Part shown: positions 61,801-64,000 of the stretch, in pieces | How positions within the stretch are numbered: position 1 is the first letter of the stretch | Layout of the letters: each line of letters opens with the position of its first letter | Source: Macrostomum hystrix | Lineage: Eukaryota; Animalia; Platyhelminthes | Direction: 5' to 3' | Length of the DNA stretch: 64,000 nucleotides | Assembly (NCBI GenBank): GCA_950097015.1 | Contig: CATNEN010000029.1 | Coordinates: 8,432,001-8,496,000 of the forward strand | Notes under the pieces: generated by a model | What the model was told of the DNA's origin: nothing | Seen by the model: the letters and a program-made list of their open reading frames with translations, nothing else | Database searches by the model: none | Translations under genes and position numbers: made by a program

Positions 61801-64000
61801 CGCAAATCAACTCGATCTCTGGTTTCGGCTACTGCATTATGTCCGGAGGGAAAACTTTGGCGACCTTCTCCCAGCACACCGGCATAAACTCTACCGTCTT
61901 CCAGAACGAAGTTCTCGCCATCAGCTCCTGCGCCCTGGAGCTGATCAACCAAAACGTCCATGGAGCGGAAATCTTCCTCCACTCGGACAGCCAGGCGGCG
62001 ATCCATGCCCTTGGACGCACGCACACCTGCTCGCGCACAGTCCTCGACTGCGTCGCGCAACTCAACCGCTTAGGGACCCACAACAAGGTGTCCCTAAGGT
62101 GGATTCCAGGGCACTCTGGCCACCCTGGTAACGAATTGGCCGACAGCCTCGCAAAGGCCGGTTCGACGGGCTCGCTTTTTGGCCCCGTGCCTGCGGTCTC
62201 CACCCCTACCGCCGTCGTCAACACTCGGATTAACCAGTGGGTGACCTCAAAGCACAAGGACAGATGGATCAACACCGCCGATTGTCGGCAGTCTCGCGCT
62301 GCTGTCCCTTGTCCCTCCACTGCCCTTCGCAAAGCCTTGCTTGGACTGAACCGCAAGGACATCAGGGCAGTCACCATGGCCCTCTCTGGCCATGGCTGTT
62401 TCGCCAGGCACCGCTTCCTGCAAGGCAAAATCCGCAGTGAGGAATGCCCCTTCTGCCTCTCCTATGTTGAGGATGCAGAGCATTTTATTTGCGACTGCCC
62501 CGCCTTCACTCAGGACCGGCTCACCTATCTCGGCCCAAACCCGGATCTCCCCGACGTTTTCAGGCCTGAGAACATCTGCCAGCTCGTCCGATACCTGAGG
62601 GCCACCGGGCGAGCAACCCTCCACCTCCTGGACACTCCGGAGGAGGACCGCGCTGCGGACGCCGGCACCACCGGATCCCCCTGCGCGACACCGCAGCTCT
62701 AGTTGCCCGTGGTCGCCAGGGGCTAGCGGAATGGGCGGCAACGCCTCCCCGCTGCATCCGGAAGATGCCCCCTGCAGCTAAGTCAGTAAGTCAAGGCATA
62801 GCCTGAGGACCAGAAACAGGTTTGGCAGAGCCTGAGGATCAGAAACAGGTTTGGCAGAGCCTGAGGATCAGGAATAGGTTTGGCATAGCCTGAGGATCAG
62901 GAACAGGTTTGGCAGAGCCTGAGGATCAGAAACAGGTTTGGCAGAGCCTGAGGATCAGAAACAGGTTTGGCAGAGCCTGAGGATCAGGAATAGGTTTGGC
63001 ATAGCCTGAGGATCAGGAACAGGTTTGGCAGAGCCTGAGGATCAGAAACAGGTTTGGCAGAGCCTGAGGATCAGAAACAGATTTGGCAGAGCCTGAGGAT
63101 CAGAAACAGGTTTGGCATAGCCTGAGGATCAGGAACAGGTTTGGCAGAGCCTGAGGATCAGAAACAGGTTTGGCAGAGTCTGAGAATCAGGAACAGGTTT
63201 GGCAGAGGATCAGAAACAGGTTTGGCAGAGCCTGAGGATCAGGAACAGGTTTGGCAGAGCCTGAGGATCAGGAACAGGTTTGGCAGAGCCTGAGGATCAG
63301 AAACAGGTTTGGCACAGCCTGAGGATCAGAAACAGGTTTGGCAGAGCCTGAGGATCAGAAACAGGTTTGGCAGAGCCTGAGGATCAGAAACAGGTTTGGC
63401 AGAGCCTGAGGATCAGAAACAGGTTTGGCAGAGTCTGAGAATCAGAAACAGGTTTGGCAGAGTCTGAGAATCAGGAACAGGTTTGGCAGAGGATCAGAAA
63501 CAGGTTTGGCAGAGCCTGAGGATCAGAAACAGGTTTGGCAGAGCCTGAGGATCAGAAACAGGTTTGGCAGAGTCTGAGAATCAGGAACAGGTTTGGCAGA
63601 GGATCAGAAACAGGTTTGGCAGCCTGAGGATCAGGAAACAGGTGTGGCATAGCCTGAGGATCAGGAACAGGTGTGGTATAGCTTGATGATTTGAAATTGT
63701 TCTCTGTCAGCTCTTATAAATGGAATAATTAGAGTTAAATTGCAATAACGAACTCACATCGGAGCCCCAGATTGAGTTAAGGATGAAGAACAGCTGAATA
63801 AAGATGCAGCCAAATGGCAAGATGCCAGCCCATCAGAATGCCAGGCAGAGGCTTAGTATAGAAGCTCTGGTCCGGGATCTGCCTTGGGATCTGGTTCGTG
63901 CGCACCGGATGCTCCATTGGCGGCTTCTTGAATCCGAAATAAGCGCCAAGGAAGCAGAGCGGCACGGAGACAAGAAACCAGAGCGCTAGGATGGCTACGA
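52822..64000 (-). CDS. TM9SF2: Transmembrane 9 superfamily member 2-like (EMP70), last three exons: >64000-63758 (one extra base at 63827), 56265-55992, 52889-52822
   Basis: [21 protein letters not shown]...[48 protein letters not shown]|[15 protein letters not shown]...[11 protein letters not shown]...FLFT|[22 protein letters not shown], including the KxD/E C-terminal motif. Confidence 0.95.
53035..55620. repeat. 29-bp minisatellite (ACTATGCCGCATCTCCCCCAGATCCTTAG)n
   Basis: About 89 copies in the last TM9SF2 intron. Confidence 0.97.
55620..55925. repeat. Variable-length repeat with core CCCAGGCTGTCAAACTTCT
   Basis: Abuts the 29-bp array. Confidence 0.9.
56405..56710. repeat. 29-bp minisatellite (GCAGAGCCTGAGGATCAGAAACAGGTTTG)n, left part
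   Basis: About 10 copies; the same array resumes at 62795. Confidence 0.96.
56978..57345 (+). repeat. 97-98-bp tandem monomers in the retrotransposon 5' UTR
   Basis: GGGA(A/C)(A/G)GGTGTCACCC starts at 57000, 57097, 57195 and 57292. Confidence 0.92.
57474..58619 (+). CDS. Retrotransposon ORF1 (381 aa; may extend to 58962 in the +1 frame)
   Basis: Long ORF 5' of pol; disordered basic N-terminus, globular C-terminal part (RVWIP...), no CCHC knuckle seen. Confidence 0.85.
   Translation: MESHYSSSTSQDPAETPTPAGDADPQDQRQGDTGSTGAQNSSCSSATQENTRAAGSKSKRSPSTQARSLARLQEFRRRKQEVRLAAKSAPTTASEEGAGNSAKIAEEPAPNKEADSSRRPGNPEARKSAAQASGASGSSRGGTSHSHPETPTTAGGPVAGGAGQTTRPKRTYAAMAKRQPALVIRGQETPLTTAQLDQIWRRLDSHLVKLALSGTVLHVLKTDIQDQALIVQPADNQSGQQLLEMLKSFDWGTEMGNLFIYREDERPQTHRHRVWIPARSAITNAGELRRLLLAIHPDLPANGVVVHETITRPGGDGFTAILGLSDSWMLRCPDMSYISAGLTRMQIFSFESDATRPPPPEKRETDEPELCRAPAPWNTDS
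58998..62702 (+). CDS. Retrotransposon ORF2: AP endonuclease, reverse transcriptase, RNase H, C-terminal Cys/His motif
   Basis: LQLNLHH, LLQEPW, GDINAHH, SDH (APE); [26 protein letters not shown] (RT); [27 protein letters not shown] (RNase H); [14 protein letters not shown]. 1234 codons without a stop. Confidence 0.97.
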   Translation: MSFLQLNLHHCIAASTNLARVVDFEKPGIILLQEPWTKKGKIPNIPAGFDCFFMPQNPRAAVFATTDLKAWYRPDLSDKDLCVIQTNHILPNRTVIIASIYIPGDGPAVPPSLTSLVDYCSDRDFELLVAGDINAHHTHWGSVTSNCRGEDLLAYICTTNIEFCNSGGTPTFDNGRWTEVLDATLASQGLIPLIRNWQVWDEEESLSDHRFIRFRLLSSYSKPGILWKRNARNTDWTAFAESVKRQTNQLESVVPATCQEVDDLADLLSMTILTAHETSCPLKAYKGKKSAPWWNPALGTLRRKAKSLQRIARKSKDQADLTAYQNAIRDFKRDTRKAKSEKWRQYCSELEGARPTSRVVKALTLDKMSKLSVIKRPDGRLAENPGESLDIMLASAFPQTAPLQDPPDHTPGGHILATTIITRERTARAANSFSPFKSPGPDNIYPAFLHEAVKNDRFLGLLCNLFKACITLGYVPKSWQEATIVFIPKPGKGDYHSAKAFRPISLTSFFLKLLERLVLWRLLHVELRNSPLSANQHAFRSGRSIESALHAIVDKLERAVLGTGFALSLFLDIDGAFDNVLFGAFRRALERRATHEHLTRWIMYMISHRTATSHLLGHSRSVNVQKGGPQGGVLSPILWNLVMDELLCSPDPDPVQKIGYADDVTATVAGPSPPVLRDLLQAFIHRAERWANGCGLKLSESKTVAIMFTSKRNWRIEPLLLYDKPIAMEKQTRCLGVILDHRLSWTPHVKFKTRKALATLAQIRRAFGATWGLTPRRLWWIYTTIVRPAISFAGFIWNSALETKGVLEALNKVQGRACRAIMSAAPSTPFAGMNAFLDLPPLDLFIKGEAMKTARRLLDAGISIRKQLAFSKRNLQPHGDLSLRDLDAAGGLKILSDGIPSTLCPPQKFKTSIPPRQEVRDHGQPREIHCFTDGSQINSISGFGYCIMSGGKTLATFSQHTGINSTVFQNEVLAISSCALELINQNVHGAEIFLHSDSQAAIHALGRTHTCSRTVLDCVAQLNRLGTHNKVSLRWIPGHSGHPGNELADSLAKAGSTGSLFGPVPAVSTPTAVVNTRINQWVTSKHKDRWINTADCRQSRAAVPCPSTALRKALLGLNRKDIRAVTMALSGHGCFARHRFLQGKIRSEECPFCLSYVEDAEHFICDCPAFTQDRLTYLGPNPDLPDVFRPENICQLVRYLRATGRATLHLLDTPEEDRAADAGTTGSPCATPQL
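62795..63680. repeat. 29-bp minisatellite (GCAGAGCCTGAGGATCAGAAACAGGTTTG)n, right part
   Basis: About 30 copies, same unit as 56405-56710. Confidence 0.96.

Larger units (their letters stand above)
56711..62794 (+). mobile_element. Full-length non-LTR retrotransposon (APE + RT + RNase H; I/R1/LOA-like group), antisense in a TM9SF2 intron
   Basis: Two ORFs, tandem repeats in the 5' UTR, 3' tail TAAGTCAGTAAGTCAA, 14-bp GGCATAGCCTGAGG on both sides (56697-56710 and 62795-62808). Confidence 0.95.

Noticed and set aside
57472-62757. Many short ORFs on both strands within the LINE
   Set aside because: Shadow frames of ORF1 and ORF2.
11312-63680. Arrays as CRISPR loci, including the spacer-containing array at 43.5 kb
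   Set aside because: Repeats abut directly, the few spacers are identical copies, there are no cas genes, and the DNA is eukaryotic.

Overview
Eukaryotic (animal) genomic DNA: GC-rich exons, AT-rich introns and about 25 minisatellite arrays. The style resembles a flatworm such as Macrostomum; this is an inference, not checked. Genes reconstructed by hand from splice sites and remembered family motifs: synapsin (- strand, first 6 exons, 3640-9398; the rest not found in the window), glycine cleavage H protein (-, 15403-18244), synaptogyrin (+, 19193-20309), a degenerate calmodulin/myosin-light-chain-like EF-hand gene (-, 22295-~23378), an unidentified coiled-coil ORF (+, 25903-26910), intronless FoxG (+, 40815-42200) and the last three exons of a TM9SF2-like gene (-, 52822->64000). 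Mobile DNA: a full-length 6.1-kb non-LTR retrotransposon (APE-RT-RNaseH, open ORF2) inserted in a 29-bp minisatellite in a TM9SF2 intron, two copies of a tRNA-derived SINE, and a possible degenerate MITE. Most unusual: neighbouring minisatellites are related to each other, and twice a related pair sits in inverted orientation on either side of a coding exon. Four conserved genes each carry exactly one extra base (+1 frameshift), most simply a long-read consensus error. No database search or folding was run; all alignments are by eye.
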